Origin: Chlorokybus atmophyticus
Taxonomy: Eukaryota; Plantae; Mesostigma and Chlorokybus algae
Direction of reading: 5' to 3'
Length of the DNA stretch: 64,000 nucleotides
NCBI GenBank assembly: GCA_009103225.1
Contig: RHPI01001037.1
Span: forward strand, 1 to 64,000
The notes beneath the pieces were generated by a model. The model had not been told where the DNA came from and searched no databases. It worked only from the letters and a program-made list of their open reading frames with translations. Numbering within the stretch: position 1 is the first letter of the stretch; each line of letters begins with the position of its first letter. Below are positions 23,383 to 35,532 of this stretch, in pieces. The position numbers were made by a program, and so were the translations under genes.

Positions 23383-24284
23383 ATGGAGTTGGCTGAGACG
23401 GCGGCTCCAGAGGGGCTCACTTCTGTCGCCGCCGCGCAGTCTGCTGGCAGGACGGTGGATCAGCTTCTGGCCGACCCTTTGCTCAGCGATCTGCCCAAGA
23501 ATGTAACCTTGGAGGTGCATGCACGAACTGCTTGCTGCATGCTGGCCGCAACAACTACTTACGCTGTGAGCTAGCTGTGTGCCTGCATTGCATGTGGCTT
23601 ATGCGAAGCTAATCACCAACCATGCACCTCACACTTTGTGTGCAGGAAGTGGAGGCATTGATTGCGCTGGAGTCCGGGTCGGGCATGCAGCTGACCATCC
23701 GCAAGCTCGACGGCTCCTCCTTTAGTAAGCTTGCTGTCGCGTTTCATGTGCATTGTTTACAAGCAACAAGTGTTGACTGTTTCAGCAGTAACGCACACAC
23801 GCATGCACAACGTCAGATTCAGGTGACACGTCCTGTTAAAGCTTGCTTTTGTTGAGAGGCAGTATGCTCCTAGTGGCATGTGAATGTTATGCCAGGTGCT
23901 GTCCTTTCTGAAAGCATGGTTGAACCAGACATATCATGATACATGGCTGTGCTTGATACGCGCAATCCATGCATTGCGCTTATCAGCTTGTCCCCGCAGT
24001 CATTGTTGTCACACAATCGGCAAGACTGGGCGACATCAAGCAGGCCATACGGCGGCATTATGAGCGCCAGGAGCAGCAGCATATGGGCAAGCGCCACATT
24101 TCATGGTGCGCAGATTGTGTATAAACTGCTGCATTCATCGATTGGCTGCAGGTAGTGGCTGTGTTGTTCAAGTTGTTGCGTATAGGAAGTACGTCTGGCG
24201 AAAGAACTGTCTGACCTTTGACAGCAAGCGACTGCTTCAAGATGATGAGCGTGCTCACGATTGTGGCGTGCGCAACAACAGTGA
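23383..24284 (+). CDS. SNRNP25: U11/U12 snRNP 25-kDa protein (ubiquitin-like); last exon not resolved
   Basis: Exons give DPLLSDLPKNVTLE|EVEALIALESGSGMQLTIRKLDGSSF|VIVVTQSARLGDIKQAIRRHYERQEQQHMGKRHISW|KYVWRKNCLTFDSKRLLQDDERAHDCGVRNNSE. Confidence 0.85.
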
Positions 24285-26774
24285 GGTGAGCACATCACAT
24301 CGTTGCAGTGGGTTCTGTAGGCAACCATCGTCCGCACAGGAACATTGTCTCAACAATGATGATCTCTCATCATTTCTCGTATTGAATTGCTGCCAAGGCA
24401 CAGTGCAAGCTGCTGCTGTCAACATGTTATCCTTGCATAATAGCCCGAGCAGGCTAATTAATGTGTTTGAATGGATTGCGCATGCAGCTTGCATTTGCCC
24501 GGTTGCAAGTAACCAAGCAGCGGGGGAGGCACACCAAAGCACGGCGGTGGTAGCATGCTGCAGACGTATGCAGGTGATGCTGATTGCCTCAACACTGGAC
24601 GGCAAACTTCTGCGTGTGTATAACTGACTATTGAATACAAATGCACGCGGCAAAAGTTCGTGTTGCCTGTTAGCTTCGCAGTGTCCTTGCTGCGACAGCA
24701 ATCTTGCTGGGGAGGCCGTACATCTTTCAGCAAGTACGAAGTAAGTGCTTGCAAGCTCAGACTTTGGGTTAGTATGTGGCTATTGGTTTACGCACACTGC
24801 TCTTGGTTCATCTAGATGTTAAGCTGCTTGTGTCCTAGTCAACATTGCCTGTCCATCCACCAGGACTGTGCTGAAGGAGGTGCAGCACACATCATATTTA
24901 CTTTTTCCTACAGCAGGGTGTTGAAGTGGACAGAACGCACAGATGCTTGCCATCAACTGTGGATTGGCATCTGGAGCAAGGCCTTGCTACATGATGCTGA
25001 CTCGCGTTTTGCAACCAGCACACGCACTGTCTACGAGGAGGTATGGCTTCTCCGTCTTAGTCACTGGAGTAGCGCACTGCGCTTCACGACGATTGTCAGT
25101 TGAGTGTCTGTGCTGCTCACGCGCTGAACGGCAGGCCAGCGGTCACCATGCGCATCCAAGCCCGTAGGTCATTTTGTCACACTGGACTCTGCTTGGTTGT
25201 AGACACACATGTACTTTGAAGCAGCTGAGAACATCGCCCAGAAACTGCGATGACCTTGCTAAGCCAGAATGCACTGTTGCCGCTGTGCCTGCCTCACAAA
25301 TTGTCAGCATGCTGGCTCGCTACCGCAATGGCTACGGAAAGCAGTGTTGATGTAGGTGGCTTGTGCCAGGTCGCTGTGTGTAGCGCAATGGGTTTCACAT
25401 TGAAATACTACAAACATTGATCATCATAATTAAGATGATGGCTACTGGTACCGGGCAACACTGGGTAGTCATGCAGTGCATGCTTGAACACGCAATCCAC
25501 TTTCTGGTAGTAGACACTCGAGACATCACGCAGCACACGTCCAACATGTCGTTGCTTACACCCTCACAAATACATGCATGCTTCCTTACAAGTCAGCAAT
25601 GGTTCTTACACAAAGGCATATTGCTCTGGTGCCCTGCGCTATGGTGCAAGCCATAGCTCATCATCTCCAACATGGCAGCATTGCCCTTTATCTTCCGTTC
25701 CTGCTTGCTGCAAGCCTGCGTGTGCAGCTCCAGCTTGTGGTTGTACGTACGGGAGGCAGGGGTGGGGATGTTGACTGGATGAACTACAGCAAGCGGACTT
25801 GGGATAAACTGAGCCATGCATGTAGTGCCCCAAACGCTTACTTAGATAATTGTGTGTTCGTTCGTAAGGATGTTCTTTATCGTTGTTCAAAGCCCCGAGG
25901 CGTGCAATGCAGCCTCAACTGCATGGTGGAATCTGCAGAAGAGCATCTGCCAACAGGTTAGCACGGTTATGTGTCACACCCCAACTCAAGCGTGACTGTG
26001 TTGTGTCCCATCTGGAACAACCAGCCTTCTGTACGACTCAGCCCAGCACATACTGCAATTGACATTCAGAAAGAGCACATAGACATAAGTGCGTCTCACA
26101 GGCTTGCAATGCTTGTATACAACTACAACGTCTCCGCCTCTAGGCCTCTGCGTCATACACAGACGGCCTGTGGTGGGCATCTCCTGTGCACGAGTGACTT
26201 TGTGCAGCAAAGCTGGCCTGTCCCATCAGCTGCTCCAAAGCGCTTGAGGAGGAGGATACAGCGCAGCTCAGGCAGTCACGTGCTTGCTGCCTGTGTCCCA
26301 ACTAGCATCACTCAAGCTAGTACACAGGAAGTAGAGTTGCCTTCACTGTGTTGTGTCCTGTACGTGTGGGCCACAGGCGATCCCGAATTCCCCATCAACA
26401 CACCGTCAACAGACACACAGAGGCGGCACAGTGCATGAGGGTGTCTGATTGAAGCGTGGTTGCAGGTGAGGCAGTTACATGAACTCGACGTTCATAGAAT
26501 TCATCAATCGATTTATCCAGCAAAGTTGATTGACCACCCAAGTAGTGCGCCCAGTATTACTTAAAGGCCTAGCAGCGGATCAAACACTCTCACGTGATCG
26601 TCGTGTTACGCCGCGTGCCTCCCCGCGTGCGTATCGCGTGAGGCATAACAAGCGCAAGTTACGCGTTACGTAGCGTAACGCCCCGCAACGCGCTTTCGAG
26701 GCTTTCTCGAATTTCTTTCCCGGTTTCTGCTTTGCCGCATGCAAAGTTTTGGCTTTCAGCTATATAACCTAGCC

Positions 26775-27549
26775 ATGTCCACGGCGTCAGCGTCAGCGGC
26801 GGCGACGGCGAGCGGGTCGGTGGGGACAGCGTCAGGGTCGAGGGCGGCCGAGCATCCATCTGCAGTAGAGGCGCTCTTTGCGCTGCACGCCGAACAAGCG
26901 GCGACTGTGGAGGCCAAGAAGATTGACTTGCAGAAAGGTGTGCTGCTGTTGCTTTGGGTCCATGCTAATTGCCTGCCTGTGGTTTTCATGCCAGCCTACT
27001 GTTACGTGCCTGTCAAGCGCTGTATTCGTGGTTGGTGGTTGTGTTGTGTTGAGGTTGCTGTGGTGAGATGGTTTCTTGCTGCTGTAGCTGCTGCGGGCTT
27101 GCACAACGCCACTCTTCCAGGTGGCCTTACCGCCTTCAAGCTGGTTGCTCGCATGCCACAACCGTTTGCTTAGCAAGGGGCATGGGAGAGTAGTACTGTG
27201 AGCCAGCACTGGTCTTGCTGCAGCCTTTGCATAACAACTTTGTTTGCACACTCAATGTAGTCACGTGCTAAGAGAGTTGCACACAAACCTCCCCCGCACG
27301 CAGTACCACTGTACAACTCCGCAATTGCGGTGTCGGTTGCATTACTCGCGGTTCTTTTGCTCTCATGCACGCACAAGGTTGCAAGTGTGACTGTGTACAC
27401 GTGATGCTTGTGCCTAGCTAGTGCTTACACTTGTGTTGTTGGTTCGAGCAGCTGTTGAGCAAGAAGTGCTGGCAAACTTGCGTGCCAAAGCGAAAGAGAT
27501 CCAAGAAGACAATTGGATGTACGAAACGCCGTTGAGTAAAAATCTGTAG
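26775..27549 (+). CDS. SAMBA/APC16-like small APC/C regulator (87 aa, 2 exons: 26775-26937, 27452-27549)
   Basis: Phase-1 GT-AG splice yields ...EAKKIDLQKAVEQEVLANLRAKAKEIQEDNWMYETPLSKNL*, resembling the SAMBA motif E-D-[SN]-W-M-F-E-G-P after a Ser/Ala/Gly-rich N-terminus (recalled motif). Confidence 0.65.
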
Positions 27550-27637
27550 TTGCACGAGACTCCGGTTGTGGAAGGCAGTCAAAGAAAGCAAGCCTGCGTC
27601 TTTGTTCCTCGTGCTCAGCGTTTGGCGGGTTGAAATC

Positions 27638-29025
27638 ATGGAGGTCCTTGAACGTGGATCTCTCGCACAGAGCACCCTTTGGCGCGATGTTGAGCCTTTG
27701 CCTCAGGTATAACCACTTGTCGCTGCAGGAGCTTTCTGCTGCATATGGTGGTCATATGGTGGTCATACAACTAGAGATTAAACTGTTCTTTCCCAGGATG
27801 ATGGACCACACCCAGTTGTGTCCATTGCTTACACAGAAGAGTTTCAACAGACCATGGACTACTTCAGAGCCATTGTTGCACGCGAGGAGTTTAGCGAGCG
27901 TGCTTTGCAGCTGACTGCCCGCGTCATCAGCCTCAACGCCGCCAACTACACGGTATGACATGTAGCCTGAGAGGTGCTGTGTTGTTGTAGCAGAACGTGC
28001 TGTTTGTACAACTTCGTTGTCTGGTTATGGTTTGCTAACATCTGTTTGCAGGGTTGGTGGTATCGTCGTCGCTGCTTGGAAGAACTGAACGCCAATCTAG
28101 AAGACGAGCTGAACTACATTGACTCGTTGGTGCAGGACAACCAGAAGAACTACCAGCTCTGGTAGGCACTGCGCAGCTAGCATGGTTATGGAGTGTGCCG
28201 AGGCTCACCAGCAACTTGGCTGTGCAGGTACCACAGACGCGTCATAGCCAGCAGGGTTGGTCCCTCAGTTGGCCATCGTGAGTTGGAACTGACGGAGGCT
28301 GTTCTTGATTTGGACAGCAAGAACTACCACGCCTGGTCACACAGACAGGTACTACTACCAGCCAGTTGCAGCCCATTAAGAGTTAAGCATCAGAAACAAT
28401 AGCATTTTAGCTTTTGTCTCTTGTGTGAGCAGTGGGCAGTCAAGGAGTTTGGTCTTTGGGAAGGGGAACTGAACTTTTGCGACCATCTGCTGAAGGTCGT
28501 CGTGCGCAACAATTCTGCCTGGAATCATGTAAGTACTGACCACCACCTTGCATGACTGGGTGCTTCCAGGGTAGCTTATCGCTTTTTCTGACATGTTTCC
28601 AACACTTGCAGAGGCACTTTGTAATTACAAATGGACCAGTTGAGAGAAGGATGCATGCTGTTCGCGATGCGGAGCTCGCCTACGCCGCGGACTGCATACG
28701 GCAGGCGCCCAACAACGAGAGCGCGTGGAACTACTTGCGTGGCGTGATGATGAGCTCTGGCGCCCGCTTTGGTGATGAGCCGGTGGTCAGACTGCTGTGT
28801 GCGGAAATCATAGCGGCTGGCGTGGAGTGCCCTCAAGCATGGGGCATGCAGCTTGAGGTATGTTTGGATCAGATGGCCCTCGCCTCTGGTGACATCACCA
28901 GTCAGGAGCGTAACGCCATCATAGCCACGGCGCAGCAGATTTGCGATCGCTTGGCGCTCGTTGACCCCACACGTGTTAGGTACTGGAAGTACCGCCAAAG
29001 GCAGATTACTGGCCTCATGGCTTGA
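27638..29025 (+). CDS. FNTA: Protein farnesyltransferase/geranylgeranyltransferase-I alpha subunit, 6 exons
   Basis: WRDVEPLPQ|[25 protein letters not shown]; LNAANYT; KNYQLW; [10 protein letters not shown]; RNNSAWNH; [13 protein letters not shown]; DPTRVRYW. Confidence 0.95.
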
Positions 29026-29373
29026 TGCTGTGCTTTCCGCTTGTGTCATGAGCGTTGTAAGCTATATTGTAGTTTAGGTGCACACACTGTTGGCCTGCCA
29101 TTGCTATTAGCCCAGCGGCCATCCTGCAATAATAGCACCGTTGTGCTCCCCTGTATTGTATTGCCGGCGTGCCATCCCTCGTGCGCATGACATGCTTAGC
29201 GTAAAGGACCTGCTGGCAAACAGCATGCAGCCATTTGTCACCTGACCTTCAGCAAGGCCCAAAAGCTTGGGGCAGATGTTCTGCAGGTAACTAAGTGTCA
29301 AGCTTATCGCATGCCAGCATCTGCAAGTCTTGCTTGCAACCTTGTTGTATGTGTACATAAGTCACAAGCACTA

Positions 29374-29877
29374 CCGTATTTCGTCGAATACACCCCCCCC
29401 TAACAAGCAAAGCTCTCCCCTATATTCTAGGGGCGGTTGTTATATTAGAGGGGGGGGGGGGGGGGGGGGGGGGNNNNNNNNNNNNNNNNNNNNNNNNNNN
29501 NNNNNNNNNNNNNNGGGGGGGAAGTACTTATTCGCGGCGTTACGTTGCGTCACGTCAATTACACGACGTAACAAAGCCGGCGCCGTAATCGGCACCTACC
29601 GCGAGGCGGCAGTCGCGAAATACGGCACGGTAGCCTGCGCAGAAGCCTGCGGCGGCGGCGGTGGCGCCCACGGCCGTGGCAATGCCATGGTCATGAGCAT
29701 ATTCTAGCCTTATAATGTATGAGGGATGCTAGACATGCAATGCTTTCATCCATTTATACACCCCCCGCACTCCCTTGCGGGTGTATTAGGGCAGGGGGGT
29801 TTTTACAATAAACAAACCCCCCCGTAGATATTTTTGGGGGGGTGTAATAGAGGGGGGATGCATTCGACAAAATATGG
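29374..29877. mobile_element. MITE with Tc1/mariner-pogo (Tc2-like) termini; spans an N gap
   Basis: Left TA|CCGTATTTCGTCGAAT; right ATTCGACAAAATATGG|TT (reverse complement CCATATTTTGTCGAAT); internal TACACCCCCC/GGGGGGTGTA subterminal motifs. Confidence 0.6.
29474..29513. other. Assembly gap (N run) in a poly-G tract
   Basis: 40 N bases flanked by G runs. Confidence 0.95.
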
Positions 29878-32664
29878 TTCTCTAGGCATGCAATTGATGA
29901 TTAGCACACATTAGACATGCTTCGCAAGCATACATTTAGGGTAGTGGGTTGGATAGGTTGTGAGCTTGATATCTACACCTCCCAGCCAAAATTGTGAGTG
30001 TCATGCTTTGCTTGCTGTGCTTATCCTATCGTATTTAGCATTGCTTCGTCTTTTGCATCTTCTCTCATACCGTATACATCAACATTTGCTGCATATATAC
30101 ATACACGGCTGCGTGGCAAGTACTACAACAGCTGCGGGTTGATGTGCGGGCCGTGCATGCTAGGGGTAGTGGAGTTAGCATAGGCACATAGCCTAGCGGT
30201 GTAATATATATGTGCTGATGGCGTCCATGCATAGAATATAAGTCATATATTATACATGCTCACATTCCGCATGCATGTATATGTAGCAATGAAGTGCGCA
30301 TCTCCACATGCCATGTTGGTGATCATGTAGACGCACGCACGCATGCTTGAGCATATAATCTTTTGTACACACAGCTCAAAAATTGTCACCACCAAGGCAG
30401 CACTACTTGCTTGACATCAATTTTACAACTACCTCACCCTGGTAGATGTATGCGTATGTAGTTATTGTTACCTGCTCAACGTGCAGCTAGTTAGGCGTGA
30501 ATCTTTGCTGCAGTACTCAGCAACAACATCAATGTGTTTTATACACGTACGATGTCAGCACTTTGTTGGTGTGCATAAAACCCACGTGCCACGTATGCTT
30601 GCATTGCACATAGCTAGCCCCGCATTAGCTAGGCCCTTACGTTCAGTTGTAGTCTGTAGAACATTGCGTAGGAGTTGGTCTATTTGTGTATAAGAATGCA
30701 ATGCGTTGTTGTGGTAATCGTGACACGTGCATGACCAACATTAGCATAGCATAGTCCGCAACACCACCACCTGGCCAATTCAACTAAATGACTATCCATC
30801 CACCTTAATTACTGCCCTCAACATTATTGAACATATATGCATGCGGTTTGTACTACATGTGCAATGTATTCGCGTGTGCGGGTGCACTGCATGCTATATT
30901 GTGGATGCTCTACAAATGCGTGTTATGATGCTTTGTTTGTGCGTGTGTTGTGTGGAACATGCATACAGCATTATTCTACACATGCAATATGTGTGCACGG
31001 CATAACGTGCAATTAACATCATACTTTGAGCTTGTGTTCAATGACTTCATTGTTGTGCATGCGATTGATTATTGGATGTGCCGTCGCAACATCATGCATG
31101 CGTATCGTGAATTTAAATATACATTTTGATTATGATGCAAACGTGTAAAATTCTATGAAATGTCATAAAAAAGAATAGAGCAACTTATGCAACCGCAAGT
31201 TGTAAAAATGCCATCGTATGCTAATGTACATAATGTAAAATGTCATACATTTATTACTCGGGCACATAATAATAAACACAATGCTGGCAAGCCTTATAGA
31301 TGAATGGATTGCGCACGCAGCATGAAGCGCTTTGGATGGATGATGGACACATGAACAAGAATTACAGATTGTACTATAGTATAAAGTGCACCAGATAGTT
31401 TGTGACACACTAAGATGGCTTGTGATTCAGAAAGCCATTCACCTTGCATTATGCAAAATGCGTCGCAGAGTCTGCAAGCAGACTGCAACTTGCTCTGCAT
31501 TTGCAGTTCGAACTGACTCAATCTTAGGTTTCTACCAGTAAGTGACAAGCAACTTGCGATGTGTCATGATTCAATCAGCAAATATTTGGCCATGTTCTTC
31601 GTTCAGAGGGACCGGCAGTTGACCGGCTAGCAGACGGTCAGAACTGACCAATCGTCCAGATGCTCGTCAGGAAGTTGGCGCGCGGATCTAACCATGTTCA
31701 AGCATGCCTGGACAGTTACCGATCGTGCGATAACCGCTCGAGAATAGTCTGACGGCGGGAGTCTACCCGCTGATTTTATCCAGCCAGTTACCTAAGTGCC
31801 GCGCACGGTCGATAGCAAACCGGCTACGGCCTCTACGCCATAGCCGCTGTTTATCACTCGCTTTCGCCGCCGGCCAGCTGTGGCGTTGGTGTGGGTATTG
31901 GCTGCGGCGGCGGGGGTGGCGGAGGCGGCAGCGGAGCTGGTGACGTGGGCGAAGGTGTCGCTGGCCGGTGAGGTGGCTAGCTGTGGGCTGGGCGGAGACG
32001 TCGCGGACGTGGTGGCTGCCTGAGCGGCGGACGTCTCTTGACAGTTGGCGGTGAGCGACGGTGGCACTTGAGCTGGGTTAGGTTTTTGGGCGGCGGGAGC
32101 CAGCGGCGGCGGTGGACGGACGGAGTGGTTCGAAGCGGAGCTGTGGTGTGGCAGGTGTGGATCAGGGCTGGAGAGCGCATTTTTGGAGGACGCCGACGGT
32201 GTAGGGCGCCGCGCTGGAGTAGAGTTGAGTTAGGGTTTCAGGTGGACCAGCATATCCTGCGCGGTTTTGTGAGAAGAGAGTTTGTGGGAGTGTTGAGGGT
32301 GTTTGGTGGGATGTGGTAGTTGCTGTAGCGCTGTGAGGAGTGGAGAGAACCGCTGCTTCAGAGGAGGATAGCGAGGAGGGTGCGTCACGCACATTGCGTT
32401 TAAGTTGTGCTGGACACGTAGGCGCAGCTGCCAGCAGAAGGCTTGCACGTGAGACAGGGTCTTAATGTTGTTTTGTAGTTGTTGATCCGGCGAGTAGTGG
32501 TGCAGCATATCCTGTTGCTCTCAGTGGTGCATCACAGTGCCCATCTGCGTGCAAGAAGTTGCGAGTTGGTCATTGTTTAATTATTTACGCTAGTGAAGAA
32601 ACTGCGTCCGGCCGCGTTCAACGTGCGGGCGGGCGCAGAGGGCGTATGATGGTCTTGGCGTCGA

Positions 32665-35532
32665 ATGGCGAAGAGTGAGCCAACACTGGTTCCCGAATGG
32701 CTCAAGGGAGCCGCGGGCCAGCATAGCAGTACCAGCTCGGGAATTTTTTCTCATACAGGTCAGTTTGGAGCAAAACCTGCTGCTTGATACCTGCTAGTTT
32801 GGCAGTCTGACTGCTGAAAACACAGCATGGAAAACGTTGCTTACACATGTCGTGTATGGTAGCATTGCAGCTTACATGCATTATACGGTGCAAGGCAGCA
32901 TTTTGCGCTTTCAAGACATGATACAAGCACTTTCAAGCAGTCACTTCGCTGCTTGTTGCAACAGCTCATGTCTGTTACCATAGCACTGCAGTCGAGTTGC
33001 TATGGGTAGGGTACATGATTGTCTCTGCACGCAAATTGCACCTGAGTTGCAAATGGATGATGGAGCTGCTTCACCTGCATTGATCATGCAGATAACGGAT
33101 ACTCGCGAAGGGACTTCCGCGATTATCGCGACCAAGAGCCCTCTCAGCGGCAATCATATGGTCCGCTTGGGCGGCGAACATCAGGTGATCGTGGCCCTTC
33201 CAATGTGTATCCCAGCTTTGGACGAGGGCACGGTCGAGGAGAGGAGTGGAGTCACGATGAGCGGGAGAGAGACCGCGATCACTGGGGTGAACGGCGTGGA
33301 GGTGGTCGAGGAGGCAGCGTAGAGCGGTCTTTTCGTGATGTTGATCGGGACAGGGATATCCAGCGCACCTTCACTGGCTATGCACATGGTCATGAGCGCG
33401 ATCAGCATCGTGACTATGCACGCGATACGGACCGCAGTCGACTGGACAGGTCTGTGAGTGAGCGTGTGGATCGAGAGCACAAGGAGTTGGACCGCAGTTT
33501 ACAGAGGACCATCTCGAACCGCCATGAGGTTGAGCCGGTGCATCGCCGACACTCTGTGTCAGCTGGTGTCAGCCGCATTCTGGAAGAGGTTGCTGACAGG
33601 AAGTCAGATATGGCTGCGATACCCACTGCCATGCCGGCCTCGTCCGGCAGCTTAGCCAGTACCATGCAGAAGGCAGCTTTCGAGCGCAATTTTCCATCCC
33701 TTGGTGGTCAGGAGCGAATGTACAGTCATGCTGTGACAACAACAGTTTCCTCACCTGCCACCTCAAATGGATTACCGCGCGCCCTGTGGCAATCAACACC
33801 CAGGTCTTTATCCAATGGCAAGAGTCTGGGCATACTTGCAGGTGGCCTTGGTAGTGGAGAATGGAATTCCAAGTTGGCAGATGTTCCCCCTGCTCTGGCT
33901 GCTGACTTGCAGCAGAGTGCCGCTGTCTCCTCACCGTCAACTGTGAGCCAGATACCCTCTACTTCTACAACTTCAGTGCCAAAAATGGCAGATGCATTGC
34001 AGATGAGTGTTGAGAAGACCAGCAATGGCCAGGTATGTCTTTTGCAGATGATTGTGTTGAGTGTCAACTGCACTTTGCGCAAGCGCCATCTCTCAGGTCA
34101 ATGTCCAACCAGTTGCTTTCACAGCAATCGGCTGCAGACTTGCATCGGCTTGAGGAGCTCGCATTGCGCCAGTCAAGGCAACTGATTCCAATGAAGCCAT
34201 CGTTGCCCAAGAACTTGGTACGCAGCCGCTGGATGGCAACATGAGACTGTGCATCAATCTACAATGGGATAAATTGTGATGTCATGTTTCTCGCAGAGTC
34301 AGGGTTTGCTGCGCGACAAAGGGAAAAGCAAGACATTGCGGCCTGCCGATGATAATTCCATCCCAAGCAGCCATCGTACCACTACAAGCACCTCTACTGC
34401 ACGAAGTGTTACAGACTCAAGCAGGTTTGGTGCCAAACCGTTGACGCGCGCAAGGTCTGGCAAAGAGTTGGTGGGCTCCTTTTCCCTCAACGGGATGCGT
34501 CGAGACGACACCATCTTCATAGCTGCAAAGCAGGCACCAGCTTCCACAGGCACGTTTCGTGGTGCACCAGTTCTTCAGTCGCGGCCAGTGTCTGTTACTG
34601 TAGTGGCAGATGACAAGGATCGGGCTGTTGCTTTGGACCGAAGCGCATTTTTCAATAGTCTCAGGCGGAAATCGCTGACATCACCGCCTTCTCCCCATCA
34701 GCAAGTATCTTTGTCAAATGGTGGGATAGAGCAAAGTATATACGATTCTGGTGGTGAAACCTTGTTGTCCCCAGTTGGTGAGGCGAATGGCGGTTGTGAA
34801 GTATTTTCAGGCGAAGAACTTGCTGCAGAGGGTGAAGACGCGCAACAGACTTTCCTGTCGGCTGCGTTGGCACAGAACCCTCGGAGTTTGAGTAGTGTAG
34901 ATGAGCTGCAAGCATTAGCTGATGCATTGCCTTCATCAGAAGGCAATGGCGCAGCCGGTAGCATGGTATCGCCTGCAGTAGGCGTCACTTGCAATGGCCC
35001 TGTTCTTGCAAACGGCACTGGGAGCTTTCCTACTGCAAATGGCGACGGTGGGTATGGCCCGCAGCTGATATTGGGTAATGGGACGGTATCTGGTCTGCTT
35101 AACAAACGCGGTGAAGAGGAAGAGGCAGCTTTCTTGCGTTCGCTGGGTTGGAATGAGGACGATGATGAGGACGAGAATGGTGAGGGTGGTCTGACGGAGG
35201 AGGAAATCAAACAGTTTCACAAGGAGAAACTCAAGGTATGTTGGCGATGACTTTCTATGTGTAGCCCATGGTGAAGTTATGTGCTTTTGTCTTTATCCTC
35301 TGAATCCCACCCTGATTATATGTTTGACCAGGCCGTACAGTCCATGCCTAGCCTGAGCAAAGGTCGACCCTCCTTGTCGTTTTCCAACTTTGGAACTGGC
35401 CGCGTTGGCATACCTCGTGCGCCCGTCCGCGCAAGCAAGAGTTTTGTAATGGGAGCGCGAAAGGACATGCCTATCGGCAGCGTTGGGAGCGTTTCATCTG
35501 GACTGTCCACCTCTGACAGTGATTCAGATTGA
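32665..35532 (+). CDS. Conserved plant protein of the At1g36990 type (vasculin/GPBP1-like N-terminus), 4 exons
   Basis: MAKSEPTLVPEWLK N-terminal motif; RD-rich region; NFPSLG; DRSAFFNSLRRK; EEEEAAFLRSLGW...GGLTEEEIKQF; C-terminal SDSDSD*. Confidence 0.75.

Noticed and set aside
26460-26530. Box C/D snoRNA (TGATGA on the minus strand)
   Set aside because: No D box CTGA or terminal stem at a suitable distance.
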